Shown: piece after piece, positions 40,035-50,391 of the stretch | Numbering within the stretch: the first letter of the stretch is position 1 | Layout of the letters: each line of letters opens with the position of its first letter | Source: an uncultured Maribacter sp. | GTDB taxonomy: Bacteria; Bacteroidota; Bacteroidia; Flavobacteriales; Flavobacteriaceae | Length of the DNA stretch: 63,777 nucleotides | Assembly (NCBI GenBank): GCA_964515285.1 | Contig: CAZEUV010000002.1 | Span: 6,507-70,283 of the forward strand | Direction: 5' to 3' | Position numbers and translations under genes: made by a program | Notes under the pieces: model-generated | Database searches by the model: none | Seen by the model: only the letters and a program-made list of their open reading frames with translations | What the model was told of the DNA's origin: nothing

Positions 40035-40575
40035 AAATTTAAAATCACAATGGGAAAATCAGCCCCAACAAGAAGCGCCTAATAATGGCCCAAAATCGAT
40101 AATGGATAAAATGGCATCTATCAAAAAAAAGCAGCAAATAACCAATGGAGTACTTTCCGTTGTCCTAATCGTACTTATTGTTTTCTTTTTTTACATCGCT
40201 GCGTATAAGGTTAAAATAGTTATGGTAGGCCTACTATTGATGATCGGCGTTTTGGTAATTAGAATAATCATGGAGGTTTTTAGTGTTAGGGCAATGAAAA
40301 AAATAGATGTTTCTATAGATAACACAATGTTCGGGCAGCATATGATAGAATACCATAAAAAGAGGGTGAAAGTGCATTTTATAGCAACACCACTTATAAT
40401 CATAGTGTATTGTATAGGCTTTTTTATGCTACTACCATCTTTCAAGGCAACCTTATCGACCGGATTTTACAATTATATTGTTGTTTCGTCAATAGTACTG
40501 GTAGTGGTGTTCGGTATTTTTATTGCAAAACAAATAAAGAAAGAACTGCTGATTTTGGATGAATTGAAAACTTGA
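40021..40575 (+). CDS. Putative 4-TM anti-sigma factor
   Basis: FENLKSQW N-terminus, four TM helices, overlaps sigma 3' end. Confidence 0.7.
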   Translation: MTAFENLKSQWENQPQQEAPNNGPKSIMDKMASIKKKQQITNGVLSVVLIVLIVFFFYIAAYKVKIVMVGLLLMIGVLVIRIIMEVFSVRAMKKIDVSIDNTMFGQHMIEYHKKRVKVHFIATPLIIIVYCIGFFMLLPSFKATLSTGFYNYIVVSSIVLVVVFGIFIAKQIKKELLILDELKT

Positions 40576-40664
40576 TTATACAAAGCATTTTGTTCTTGGC
40601 ACACCCGTATCATCTTAATAGTACTTTTATACGTATTTATTGAACATTAACAACAAAAACACAT

Positions 40665-41147
40665 ATGAAAAGTTCAATAAGTATTTTAGCGGTATGGGTC
40701 ATAATAGTTTCAAGTTGCTCATCACAAAAGAAGCTTGAAGTAACAGCGCCTTTCACATTGGGCGAGGTCTATGCTCAAAAATGGATCGTTGAAGACAATT
40801 TAAAAGATGGGGGCTATGAAGTAATCATTTCTATTTTGAGCCTTGATTCAAAAGAAGCGGTTCTTCAAAATTTGTATCATAAGGGCCAAATGGCAAACCT
40901 TACCATAGAACTTCGAGAAATAGGAACGGTTGCCCTAGCAGAATACTCAAAGGTAGAACCGGTAGAACAAGATACGGTACCTGTCGATTTAAAAAACGAA
41001 ACCGAGTTGTTTCCTTTTCAGCTGACCGATACAGAAGCTGTTCTAAGCTATTTACATAACGAAAAGGTAAAATATATTAAGTTGAATGGTATTCGGCAAA
41101 ACCCTGTAAAGGTATACGCCTCTTTAGAGGCTAGAAATTCAGACTAA
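40665..41147 (+). CDS. Hypothetical lipoprotein
   Basis: Lipobox VSSC-SSQK; FPFQL...EAVLSY pattern. Confidence 0.7.
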   Translation: MKSSISILAVWVIIVSSCSSQKKLEVTAPFTLGEVYAQKWIVEDNLKDGGYEVIISILSLDSKEAVLQNLYHKGQMANLTIELREIGTVALAEYSKVEPVEQDTVPVDLKNETELFPFQLTDTEAVLSYLHNEKVKYIKLNGIRQNPVKVYASLEARNSD

Positions 41148-41261
41148 ATATACGCTTGCACGTAATTTTCGAAATTCAGGAATGCAGACGGTGGCTCGCC
41201 AAGAACTAAACTTTGTTGGCAGCCTTTAAATGTCTAATTTTAGCCCTTAACTTCAGCACTA

Positions 41262-42719
41262 TTGAATCCGCTTAAAAAACTTTTTAAACAGACTGCCATT
41301 TATGGGCTGGCCACTGTGCTGCCCAGAATGCTTAGCTTTCTTTTATTGCCCTTGTATACTGGTATTTTAGTAACGGCAGGTTATGGTAAAGTGACTGTAA
41401 TATTCGCGTGGATCGCCATCTTCAATGTCTTTTTGGCCTACGGAATGGAAACCGCTTTTTTTCGTTTTTACAACAGTAATGACAATAAAGAGAAGGTGGT
41501 GTCGACCTCCTTGATTTCTATTTTGGTGTCGACCTTGATATTCGCATTAATCGCCTTGTTGTTTCAGGGAGCTATGGCAAGTATGACCAATATCGATCCG
41601 ATTTTTGTTCGGTACGCCATTTTTATTTTGGTTTTTGATGCCTTTGCCATCATACCTTTTGCATGGCTACGGGCCAATGAAAAGCCCATGAAGTATGCCC
41701 TTATTAAAATTGGCAATGTGGTTATAAACTTGGGCTTGAACGTATTTTTTCTAGTGTTTTTACCCAAAATTGTGGAAGGTAACCCCGATGGGATTTTTAG
41801 CTTGATGTACCGACCTAATTTCGAAATTTCGTACATTTTTCTTTCCAATTTGATCGCGAGTGGTATAACCCTAGTTGTTATGCTGCCCTTGTATCTTGAC
41901 TGTAAATATGTTTTCGATAAAGAACTGTGGAAAAAAATGATGCGCTATGCCTGGCCCATTTTGGTAGCGGGTATCGCATTTACCATAAATGAGGTCTTCG
42001 ATAAGATCCTTCTCGGGTGGTTGTTACCAGAAGATGTTGCCAAAAGCGAAATAGGCATGTATGGTGCCTGTTACAAGTTAGGTATGTTTATGATGTTGTT
42101 TGCTACCGCTTTTCGTATGGGTATTGAACCCTTCTTTTTTAGCCATGCCGGCACTGAAAATCCGCAAAAGGCATATGCGCAGATTACCAACTATTTTGTG
42201 GTGTTGGGCAGTATTATTTTATTGACCGTAGTGGTTTTTTCCGATGTCTTGAAAACCATGTTCATTGATGAGGCGTATTGGGAGGCCATGTCGGTCGTGC
42301 CATTGATTCTTTTGGCCAGTTTCTTTTTGGGTATCTATCACAACCTTTCTGTATGGTACAAGGTGACTGATAAAACACGCTATGGCGCGTTTATCTCACT
42401 TATCGGAGCAATTATAACAATCGGTATAAATTTTGTTTTTATTCCTTTGATCGGATATATGGCTTCGGCGATTGCCACCGTATTGGCATATGGCTCTATG
42501 ATGGTACTGTCGTACTATTTTGGAAAATCTCATTATCCAGTGCCCTATAATTTTCGAAAAATCACCTTTTATCTCGGTATTTCCATCTTCTTTTCAGCAA
42601 TTTCATTTTACGTCTTTGACCGAAACCTGACTGTGGGTATCGTTCTGCTCTTGCTATTTTTTGGCTTGGTATATAAACTGGAAAATGAGAAACTCAGACA
42701 AGTATTTTTGAAGAAATAA
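41262..42719 (+). CDS. Polysaccharide/lipid flippase (Wzx/MurJ-like MOP family)
   Basis: [22 protein letters not shown]; ~12-14 TM; TTG start. Confidence 0.88.
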   Translation: MNPLKKLFKQTAIYGLATVLPRMLSFLLLPLYTGILVTAGYGKVTVIFAWIAIFNVFLAYGMETAFFRFYNSNDNKEKVVSTSLISILVSTLIFALIALLFQGAMASMTNIDPIFVRYAIFILVFDAFAIIPFAWLRANEKPMKYALIKIGNVVINLGLNVFFLVFLPKIVEGNPDGIFSLMYRPNFEISYIFLSNLIASGITLVVMLPLYLDCKYVFDKELWKKMMRYAWPILVAGIAFTINEVFDKILLGWLLPEDVAKSEIGMYGACYKLGMFMMLFATAFRMGIEPFFFSHAGTENPQKAYAQITNYFVVLGSIILLTVVVFSDVLKTMFIDEAYWEAMSVVPLILLASFFLGIYHNLSVWYKVTDKTRYGAFISLIGAIITIGINFVFIPLIGYMASAIATVLAYGSMMVLSYYFGKSHYPVPYNFRKITFYLGISIFFSAISFYVFDRNLTVGIVLLLLFFGLVYKLENEKLRQVFLKK

Positions 42720-42726
42720 ACAATAT

Positions 42727-43161
42727 ATGCAAATCAAGATCATCAACAAATCAGTCCATAACCTACCCAACTATGAAACGGGTGCTTCTGCGGGAATGGA
42801 CCTAAGAGCCAATATTTCAGAAGCTGTTACGTTACAACCTTTAGAGCGCGCGATCATAAAAACAGGACTCTTTATTGAGCTTCCTGTGGCCTATGAAGCT
42901 CAGGTACGGCCAAGAAGTGGTTTGGCCGCTAAAAAAGGAATCACCGTACTCAATGCCCCTGGCACTATCGATGCTGATTACCGTGGCGAAATAGGGGTGA
43001 TTTTAGTTAATCTATCCAATGAGCCATTTACCATTGAAAACGGGGAGCGTATTGCCCAATTGGTCATCGCCAAACATGAACGTGCCGAATGGATCGAAGT
43101 AGAAGAGCTTTCTGAAACCTCAAGGGGCGAAGGTGGGTTTGGCAGTACTGGGGTAAAGTAA
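42727..43161 (+). CDS. dut: dUTP diphosphatase
   Basis: [32 protein letters not shown]. Confidence 0.98.
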   Translation: MQIKIINKSVHNLPNYETGASAGMDLRANISEAVTLQPLERAIIKTGLFIELPVAYEAQVRPRSGLAAKKGITVLNAPGTIDADYRGEIGVILVNLSNEPFTIENGERIAQLVIAKHERAEWIEVEELSETSRGEGGFGSTGVK

Positions 43162-43229
43162 TGAAACAACGAAATCAATTGCAGTTATTGCATTTTCACA
43201 TTAATGAATTGATATTTTAAACAAAGCAC

Positions 43230-44246
43230 ATGAAAATAATAGTCCCCATGGCGGGTCGTGGCTCAAGATTGAGACCGCATACCGTAACAGTGCCAAAACC
43301 CTTGATTCCCGTTGCGGGCAAACCCATTGTACATCGTTTGGTAAGTGATATAGCAAAGGTATTGGGAGAACCAATAGAAGAAGTCGCTTTTATTTTGGGC
43401 GACCCTGCTTTTTTTGGTGATGATGTTGTAGAAAGCTTAAAAGAACTGGCACAAGGCTTGGGTGCCAAAGCATCTATTTATCGTCAAGACGAACCTTTGG
43501 GTACAGGTCATGCGATTATGTGCGCCAAAGAATCTTTGAGTGGTCCTGCCGTAATTGCCTATGCGGACACATTGATTCGAGCCGATTTTGACTTGGACAA
43601 ATCAGCTGATAGTGTCATTTGGGTAAAACAAGTAGACCAGCCCGAGGCATTTGGGGTAGTCAAGCTCAATGGAGACAATGAGATTATGGAACTGGTAGAA
43701 AAACCAAAGGAATTTGTATCGGATCTGGCCGTTATCGGAATTTATTATTTTAAAGATGTTGGCGTACTTAAGAATGAACTTCAATACGTGTTGGACAATA
43801 ACATTATCAATGGTGGCGAGTACCAGATCAATGATGGCATCAAACAAATGATGCAAAAAGGCATGAAGTTTGTTCCGGGCAAGGTAGATGAATGGATGGA
43901 CTGCGGAAACAAAAACGCAACAGTAGACACCAATACGCGTATGTTGGGTTTTTTAGAAAAAGATGGCGAGGCACTGATATCTGATTCTGTAAAATTGGAG
44001 AACGCCAAAATCATCGCCCCTTGTTTTATAGGTAAGAATGTGGTGTTGAAGAATACTACTGTTGGCCCATATGTATCGATTGGTAATAATACTACCATTG
44101 AAAATTCGACCATAAAAAACAGCTTGATACAGACACAGACTAAAATTTCGAATGCTAACCTAGATAACGCAATGGTTGGTAATCACGTGGTTTTTAATGG
44201 CAATTTTGAGACCGTTAGTATTGGTGATTATTCTGTTATGGAATAA
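43230..44246 (+). CDS. Sugar-phosphate nucleotidyltransferase with C-terminal left-handed beta-helix
   Basis: PMAGRGSRLRPHT..PKPL, VEKP, WMDCG. Confidence 0.9.
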   Translation: MKIIVPMAGRGSRLRPHTVTVPKPLIPVAGKPIVHRLVSDIAKVLGEPIEEVAFILGDPAFFGDDVVESLKELAQGLGAKASIYRQDEPLGTGHAIMCAKESLSGPAVIAYADTLIRADFDLDKSADSVIWVKQVDQPEAFGVVKLNGDNEIMELVEKPKEFVSDLAVIGIYYFKDVGVLKNELQYVLDNNIINGGEYQINDGIKQMMQKGMKFVPGKVDEWMDCGNKNATVDTNTRMLGFLEKDGEALISDSVKLENAKIIAPCFIGKNVVLKNTTVGPYVSIGNNTTIENSTIKNSLIQTQTKISNANLDNAMVGNHVVFNGNFETVSIGDYSVME

Positions 44247-44312
44247 CACTTCGAGAGTTTTTGAAAAATGATACTAGCAGAGAATAATCATTTGGGTACC
44301 TAGAACCATTCT

Positions 44313-45251
44313 ATGAAAAATGGAGTTTTCTTTTTACTTTTTACTTTGGGATTATACTTAATTCCTTTCACGGCTCTTGCCCAAGAAAAAGAGCTTGATA
44401 TTGATGTAGAGAAAAGCGCAGCCCTGTTTTTAGAAGAGTATTCAGATAATTTTCAGGAAAGCTTTTTTGAGGCCCTAAAACAAAAGGGCATCGAAAACCA
44501 TGACAAGGCAATCAACCTTTTTCTGGAATGTAAACGTTTGGATGCCGATAACATGGTGGTAGACCATGAACTGGCAAAAGCATATTTGGCAGATAAACAA
44601 TATGTACTTGCCCAAGAATATGGGGTTTCTGCGGTGAATTCAGAACCTGAAAACCCTTGGTATCTAGCAACCCTTGTTGAAATACTTCAACGGCAGGGTA
44701 GTTCGATAGATATTATTTCAGGGGATATTCCCTTTGAAAATAACAAATTAAAAGAGAACCTAGCACTGAGTTATTATAAAAATGAAGATTATGAGCGTTC
44801 ACTCGCACTATTGAAAAATATCAAAAAATCATCATTTTCAGTCGATTTAGCATCAAAAATCAACGATTCTATTAGAAAAAGGGATGAAAACGTCAAAAAA
44901 ACAGAATTTTCTATTTCCAACAATAGTGCCTCAAATCCGTTGGAAAATTACAAAATGCAAATAGATGGTTTTATCAGAGCGAAGAGCTATATTATGCTAC
45001 AACAAGTTGCCGAAGAGGCTTTAGAGTCGTATCCATCACAGCCCTATTTCTACTATGCCCAAGGGTATGCCCTCACCAAAAACGGGAAGCACCAAGTGGC
45101 CGTGGAAACCCTTGAAGCAGCTTTAGATTATCTTGTTGACGATATTTCCCTAACCAATAAAATCTATACCACCTTGGTCGATGCGTATAACGGCCTTAAT
45201 AATTCAGTCAAGGCAAATATGTATCTTCGTAAGATAAAACCCGGGTTTTAA
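44313..45251 (+). CDS. Exported TPR protein
   Basis: Signal peptide, FFEALKQK, TPR-like helices. Confidence 0.8.
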   Translation: MKNGVFFLLFTLGLYLIPFTALAQEKELDIDVEKSAALFLEEYSDNFQESFFEALKQKGIENHDKAINLFLECKRLDADNMVVDHELAKAYLADKQYVLAQEYGVSAVNSEPENPWYLATLVEILQRQGSSIDIISGDIPFENNKLKENLALSYYKNEDYERSLALLKNIKKSSFSVDLASKINDSIRKRDENVKKTEFSISNNSASNPLENYKMQIDGFIRAKSYIMLQQVAEEALESYPSQPYFYYAQGYALTKNGKHQVAVETLEAALDYLVDDISLTNKIYTTLVDAYNGLNNSVKANMYLRKIKPGF

Positions 45252-45254
45252 ACT

Positions 45255-46052
45255 ATGAACACGTTATTTCAAGGTATACCAAGGCGAATGGGCATTGGTG
45301 TTTTTTTGGCACTTTTTATTTCCTGTAAATCGAGCAAGGTCTTGACCAACGGCACTATAGACGAGAACCTATCCGCTAAGGCGATAATCAGAACACATTA
45401 TCAAAACCAGATTGATTTTAAGACCTTGAGCGGTAAGATGAAAATCGAATATTCTGATGGCGATGCTACTCAAGGTGTAAGTGTAAGCCTTCGAATGGAA
45501 AAAGACAAAGCCATTTGGATGAGCGCTCCCTTAGGTTTGGTAAAGGCCTATATAACCCCTGATCGGGTTAGTTTTTACAATAAATTGGAAAACGAATATT
45601 TTGATGGTGATTTCTCGTACCTCAACAACCTCTTAGGAACCGAACTGGATTTCGAAAAAGTACAGAACCTGCTTTTGGGCAATGCCCTGTTCGATTTACG
45701 GAAGCAGAAATACGAGATGGAGGTCATGAACGAAAACTACCAATTAAAACCAAGAAAAAGTGAAATACTCTTCAAAACACTCTTTCAGATCGAACCCAAA
45801 AATTTCAAAATAGCAACACAACAATTGTCGCAGCCACTAAAGAAAAGATTGCTCGAGATAGTGTATACCAACTATCAAAAGATCAACAAATGGATTTTGC
45901 CCAATGAGGTAATGATAACAGCCATTGAGAAAGACGCCAAGAATACAATAGCTATTGAATATCGAAATATTGAATTCGACCAAAAACTATCCTTCCCTTA
46001 TAAAATACCAAAAGGGTATAAAGAATTGGTTTTGAAGAAAGATGACCTATAA
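45255..46052 (+). CDS. DUF4292 lipoprotein
   Basis: Lipobox ISC, RMEKDKAIWMS, QNLLLG, FPYKIP.GY. Confidence 0.85.
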   Translation: MNTLFQGIPRRMGIGVFLALFISCKSSKVLTNGTIDENLSAKAIIRTHYQNQIDFKTLSGKMKIEYSDGDATQGVSVSLRMEKDKAIWMSAPLGLVKAYITPDRVSFYNKLENEYFDGDFSYLNNLLGTELDFEKVQNLLLGNALFDLRKQKYEMEVMNENYQLKPRKSEILFKTLFQIEPKNFKIATQQLSQPLKKRLLEIVYTNYQKINKWILPNEVMITAIEKDAKNTIAIEYRNIEFDQKLSFPYKIPKGYKELVLKKDDL

Positions 46053-47274
46053 AAAGACATATATCGTTTGGATTATACTATTTGTAGGGCTTTTAATGCC
46101 CCAAAGTACCTTAGCGCAGACTGACGAACAAAAATCACTTGAGGCCAAAAGAGAAAGACTTCAAACCGAGATCAGAGACATAAATCGTTTGCTCTTTAGC
46201 GAAAAGAAAGAAAAGGGAAATATATTAGATCAAATGAGGGCACTAGATAAAAAAATCAATGTACGCCAACAGTTGATACGGGTCACCAATCAGCAATCGA
46301 ACTTGTTGAACCGTCAGATCAATGCCAATATCAGGAACATCACAAAGCTGCGGGAAGATTTAAAGACTTTGAAAGAAGACTATGGCCTGATGATTCAAAA
46401 ATCATATCAAAACAGGTCACAGCAAAGCAGGTTAATGTTCTTGCTCTCTTCAGAAGATTTCTTTCAGGCATTTAAGCGGTTGCGGTATATGAAACAGTAC
46501 ACCGATTACAGAAGAGAACAGGGCGAGCAGATAGTCACCAAGACCGACGACCTTTCTCGACTCAACAAAGACCTGAACGAAGAACGAAAAGTAAAGGAGG
46601 TATTGATCACCCAAAACCGTAAGGCAAAAAACCAATTGTTCAAAGAGATCAAAAGCCAAAAGGCCTTATTGGTATCGATAAGACAGAATGAAAGCAAGTA
46701 TACGGCTGCTATTCAAAAGAAGAAAAAAGAAGCTAAAAAGATAGACGGGCAGATAGAGAAATTAATTCGGAGAGCGATTGTGGCATCGAATAAAAAATCG
46801 GGTAAAAAAGTAGTGAACACTAGTAAGTTCTTATTGACACCGGAAGCTACCGTTGTAGCGAATAATTTTATAGCAAACAAGGGGAAACTGATATGGCCCG
46901 TTGAAAAGGGAATAAAAAGTCAAGGGTTCGGGGTTTACAACGATGCCGTTTATCCAGGGCTGAAACACGAGAGCAACGGTGTGATCATCGCTACCGACCA
47001 AGGTGCGAAGGCCAGAGCTATTTTTGAAGGAGAGGTCATCGCTATTCTATCGGTTCCAGGCGGAAAAAAAGGAGTGCAGGTCAAGCACGGTAATTTTATC
47101 AGCACATATTACAACTTATCGGATCTTTATGTAAAAAAGGGAGATAAAGTGGCCACCAAGGCCGAACTGGGAAAGATCTATACCAACCGAACGAACGGTA
47201 AGACCCGTTTAAAATTCTACCTATATAAAGACACTTCGCGTTTGAACCCTGAAGATTGGGTGTATCAGTTGTAG
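46042..47274 (+). CDS. envC: EnvC-like murein hydrolase activator (coiled coil + degenerate M23)
   Basis: Long coiled coil, KGKLIWPV, M23 fold lacking the HxxxD and HxH Zn ligands. Confidence 0.8.
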   Translation: MTYKKTYIVWIILFVGLLMPQSTLAQTDEQKSLEAKRERLQTEIRDINRLLFSEKKEKGNILDQMRALDKKINVRQQLIRVTNQQSNLLNRQINANIRNITKLREDLKTLKEDYGLMIQKSYQNRSQQSRLMFLLSSEDFFQAFKRLRYMKQYTDYRREQGEQIVTKTDDLSRLNKDLNEERKVKEVLITQNRKAKNQLFKEIKSQKALLVSIRQNESKYTAAIQKKKKEAKKIDGQIEKLIRRAIVASNKKSGKKVVNTSKFLLTPEATVVANNFIANKGKLIWPVEKGIKSQGFGVYNDAVYPGLKHESNGVIIATDQGAKARAIFEGEVIAILSVPGGKKGVQVKHGNFISTYYNLSDLYVKKGDKVATKAELGKIYTNRTNGKTRLKFYLYKDTSRLNPEDWVYQL

Positions 47275-47424
47275 TAACTAATTTTTTGAAAACCATTATC
47301 ACGAAAAAAACACAAAAATTAAAATTAGTGCATTCGTGGCGATTTTTTTAGTTTTTGTGAGTACTTCGAAGACGCTGCCTCGAAGCGGAACATTTTACGT
47401 TTTGCACAGAGCATAAAAAAGCGG

Positions 47425-47937
47425 TTAGTCTATAAACAGGGCCCTGAGCTCTGTAGCTTCGTTCGGGCTCATTTTACCGACCAAAACAAGGCTCAATTGT
47501 TTTCTACGAAGAGCGGCCGCATAGCGCTCTTTTTCGAGTTCGGTTTCTGGTACTAGTTGAGGCACTTCTACCGGCTTCCCTGTTTTATCAACGGCAACAA
47601 AGGTATAGATACCCTCATTGGCCTTTGTACGCTCACCAGTACGTCGATCCTCGAGCCATACATCTAAATAAACCTCCATAGATGTTTTGAAGGCTCTTGA
47701 GACTTTTGCCTCTACGGTGACAATGCTTCCCAAGGGAACGGCTTTATTGAAAGCTACATGGTTTACAGAGGCGGTAACCGTGATTTCACGGCAATGGCGA
47801 TGTGCGGCAATACTGGCTGCTCGATCCATTCTGGCCAACAATTCGCCCCCGAACAGATTGTTGAGTGCATTGGTTTCACCCGGCAGTACCATATCGGTCA
47901 TTACGGTACGTGAATCATTGGGTTTTTTGCTTTCCAT
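47425..47937 (-). CDS. Acyl-CoA thioesterase (hotdog fold)
   Basis: N.LNNLFGG.LL..MD, VTASV, TSMEV, TFVAVD; TATCTTTG promoter at 47953-47960. Confidence 0.92.
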   Translation of the reverse strand: MESKKPNDSRTVMTDMVLPGETNALNNLFGGELLARMDRAASIAAHRHCREITVTASVNHVAFNKAVPLGSIVTVEAKVSRAFKTSMEVYLDVWLEDRRTGERTKANEGIYTFVAVDKTGKPVEVPQLVPETELEKERYAAALRRKQLSLVLVGKMSPNEATELRALFID

Positions 47938-47994
47938 AACTTAAATTTTCAGCAAAGATACAAGGTAATTTTAGGGATAAAAATGGAAGGGATA

Positions 47995-48960
47995 TTATTT
48001 TGTCGACAACAACCAAGCATCACGTGACTGTGTGCGTTTTATTGATTTTAGGGCGTTTAAAGCCTCATCAACATCGGTGTAACTGTCATAGTTGACCATG
48101 TGCAAGCCAAAATCGTTTGTGCCGATATATGTTGCATTATACCCGCGTCTTTTTAACTGGCGTATTTTTCTGTCAGCATTTTTGCGTATTCTAAATGCCC
48201 CGGCGACAATGTGATGTACGCGTACATTAATACTTTCCTTTTCTTTGGCGGTGGTCATTATCTTTAAAGAAATAGCGGGAAGTTCTAGCGGGGTCGTGTC
48301 AAAAAAAGTAGCTTCCTGAATATGTTTGGCCACTTGTTCTTGGGCATTTTCTCGCGCCAATTTTTGGTCGTTCACTTTTTCATTGAAGAAATGAAACCCT
48401 GTTAATCCCGTAGAAACGGCCAATAATAATATAGCTGCATATTTTAAATAAGGCCTAAAGGATGATGCCTGTCTTCTTTCAGGGGTGATAATAAATGGAA
48501 TTTTCTCTTCCAATTCCATTACTTCTTCTTTTAAGGTCTCTCGGGTTACCGAAGGCGATACGAAAGATGGCATACCAAAGGAAGAGGTAAGGTAGTTGAC
48601 CTGATATTGGGGCTGAAACTGAACTTTACCTTCAGTATTCAGCAATAATTCGCCTATATTCGAAAGGCTTAATCTTTCACCTTTTTGCAATTGGGTTTTC
48701 CAAGTGACTACGGTCTTAGCTACCTGTTTTAGAATATCTTCATAGGACGTTTTCTCGACCTCGGCCATATGTGAGATCAACAAACCATCATTGGAAACAA
48801 GCTGTTCGTTAAACGAAACCACTTTTGATGGAGGGTGAAAGGTATGGGTGGCCTCGTCGATAGCAGCAGATTTCACCTGTGTCAAGAAAGCACCAAAATG
48901 GGGTACCGTCACACAGTTGTATCTATAGAGTAATTCAGCGATATAGTGTTCTAGAACCAT
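47995..48960 (-). CDS. HU-like (HU-CCDC81) domain, TM, SPOR-domain protein
   Basis: LLYRYNCVTVP.FGAF, NDGLL, TM, HIVAGAFR..NA..AWL. Confidence 0.82.
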   Translation of the reverse strand: MVLEHYIAELLYRYNCVTVPHFGAFLTQVKSAAIDEATHTFHPPSKVVSFNEQLVSNDGLLISHMAEVEKTSYEDILKQVAKTVVTWKTQLQKGERLSLSNIGELLLNTEGKVQFQPQYQVNYLTSSFGMPSFVSPSVTRETLKEEVMELEEKIPFIITPERRQASSFRPYLKYAAILLLAVSTGLTGFHFFNEKVNDQKLARENAQEQVAKHIQEATFFDTTPLELPAISLKIMTTAKEKESINVRVHHIVAGAFRIRKNADRKIRQLKRRGYNATYIGTNDFGLHMVNYDSYTDVDEALNALKSIKRTQSRDAWLLSTK

Positions 48961-49050
48961 ACAAGACAAATATTGCAAAAATTATCGCAGTTCAAAACCC
49001 TCTACATAACTTTTTATTAACATTATATTTGTTGTAAGTTGTGAATAACT

Positions 49051-50169
49051 ATGGACGATTTTCAAATATCTAAAGATGAATTGATTGCGGTTTTAAGGCT
49101 ACAGAATATTCCTAATATTGGTGATGTAACCGCAAAAAAACTAATAGCCCATTGTGGCAGTCCATCTGCAATTTTTGGCGACAAGTTGAAAAACTTATTA
49201 AAGATCGATGGTATTGGCACCTATACCATCAGAGGCCTTTATGACAGTGAGCATCGTGAAGCTGCAGAGGCCGAATATCAATATATACAAGATAAGAACA
49301 TCGGATATTCCTTTTTTATGGATGCCGACTACCCTGTCAATCTAAAACATTGTATCGACAGCCCGATATTGCTTTTCAAGCGGGGAAATATTGATTTGGA
49401 AGGCAGGAAGATCATAAGTGTAGTTGGTACACGAAACATTACCGGTTATGGCTCCGCTTTTTGTGAACGTTTCATTTCCGATATCGCTCCCTTGAACCCT
49501 ATTATTGTCAGTGGTTTTGCTTATGGCGTTGATATATGCGTTCAAAGGGCTGCAATAAAACACGGCTTGCAGACCATAGGGTGTTTGGCGCACGGGCTGA
49601 ATCAAATATACCCAAAAGTGCACTCGAAGTATATGGCCGATGTTGAAAAGAACGGAGGCTTTATGACCGATTTTTGGAGCACCAGCAATCCTGATCGTGA
49701 AAATTTCTTAAAACGAAACCGTATTATTGCTGGTATGGCCGAAGCGACCATAGTGGTCGAATCTGCCGAAAAAGGGGGTAGTTTGGTCACGGCCGATATT
49801 GCCAATAGCTATAACCGTGATGTTTTTGCCGTGCCCGGGCGTGCAGAAGACAAGTTCAGTTTGGGGTGCAACAACCTTATAAAACAACAAAAAGCCCATA
49901 TGCTCACCTCGGCAGCGGACCTAGTGTATTTATTGAATTGGGATGTGGATGAAAAAGAGGCCAAAACCATTCAAAAACAACTTTTTGTAGAAATGGACGA
50001 TACCGAAAAATCGATTTACTCGTATTTGCAAAAAAACGGGAAGCAGTTGCTCGACAGTATCGCGATAGAATGTCGGTTTCCTATTTTCAAGGTGTCTTCA
50101 ACCTTGTTGAATATGGAAATGAAGGGGGTGGTTCGCCCATTGCCGGGAAAACTCTTCGAAGCCATATAG
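49051..50169 (+). CDS. dprA: DNA-processing protein DprA
   Basis: VVGTR, IVSGFAYGVD, FLKRNRIIAG, GGSLVTA; TATATTTG promoter at 49024-49031. Confidence 0.96.
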   Translation: MDDFQISKDELIAVLRLQNIPNIGDVTAKKLIAHCGSPSAIFGDKLKNLLKIDGIGTYTIRGLYDSEHREAAEAEYQYIQDKNIGYSFFMDADYPVNLKHCIDSPILLFKRGNIDLEGRKIISVVGTRNITGYGSAFCERFISDIAPLNPIIVSGFAYGVDICVQRAAIKHGLQTIGCLAHGLNQIYPKVHSKYMADVEKNGGFMTDFWSTSNPDRENFLKRNRIIAGMAEATIVVESAEKGGSLVTADIANSYNRDVFAVPGRAEDKFSLGCNNLIKQQKAHMLTSAADLVYLLNWDVDEKEAKTIQKQLFVEMDDTEKSIYSYLQKNGKQLLDSIAIECRFPIFKVSSTLLNMEMKGVVRPLPGKLFEAI

Positions 50170-50391
50170 CCATCAAGTATTTTCAGTTAATGTAGTGGCA
50201 TTTATCAATAAATTCGATTAATGGTTTTGGGGCTTTTACAAACTGGTTGGTTTGTTGGGGCCAGATTATTTCCAATAAGGCAGGTTTAATGGTGTCTCAT
50301 CGATAAAATACCACCTAAAATCTAGGGTTAGGGGTGTTGTTGATACAGCAATGAGAATGTTAAACCGACCACTTGGTCGGTTCACTATCTA

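Noticed and set aside
46042-47274. Active M23 endopeptidase or decayed pseudogene
   Set aside because: Loss of Zn ligands is the normal EnvC activator state
47298-47340. cacgaa...attcgtggc short repeat remnant
   Set aside because: Too degenerate to delimit; likely a common intergenic repeat
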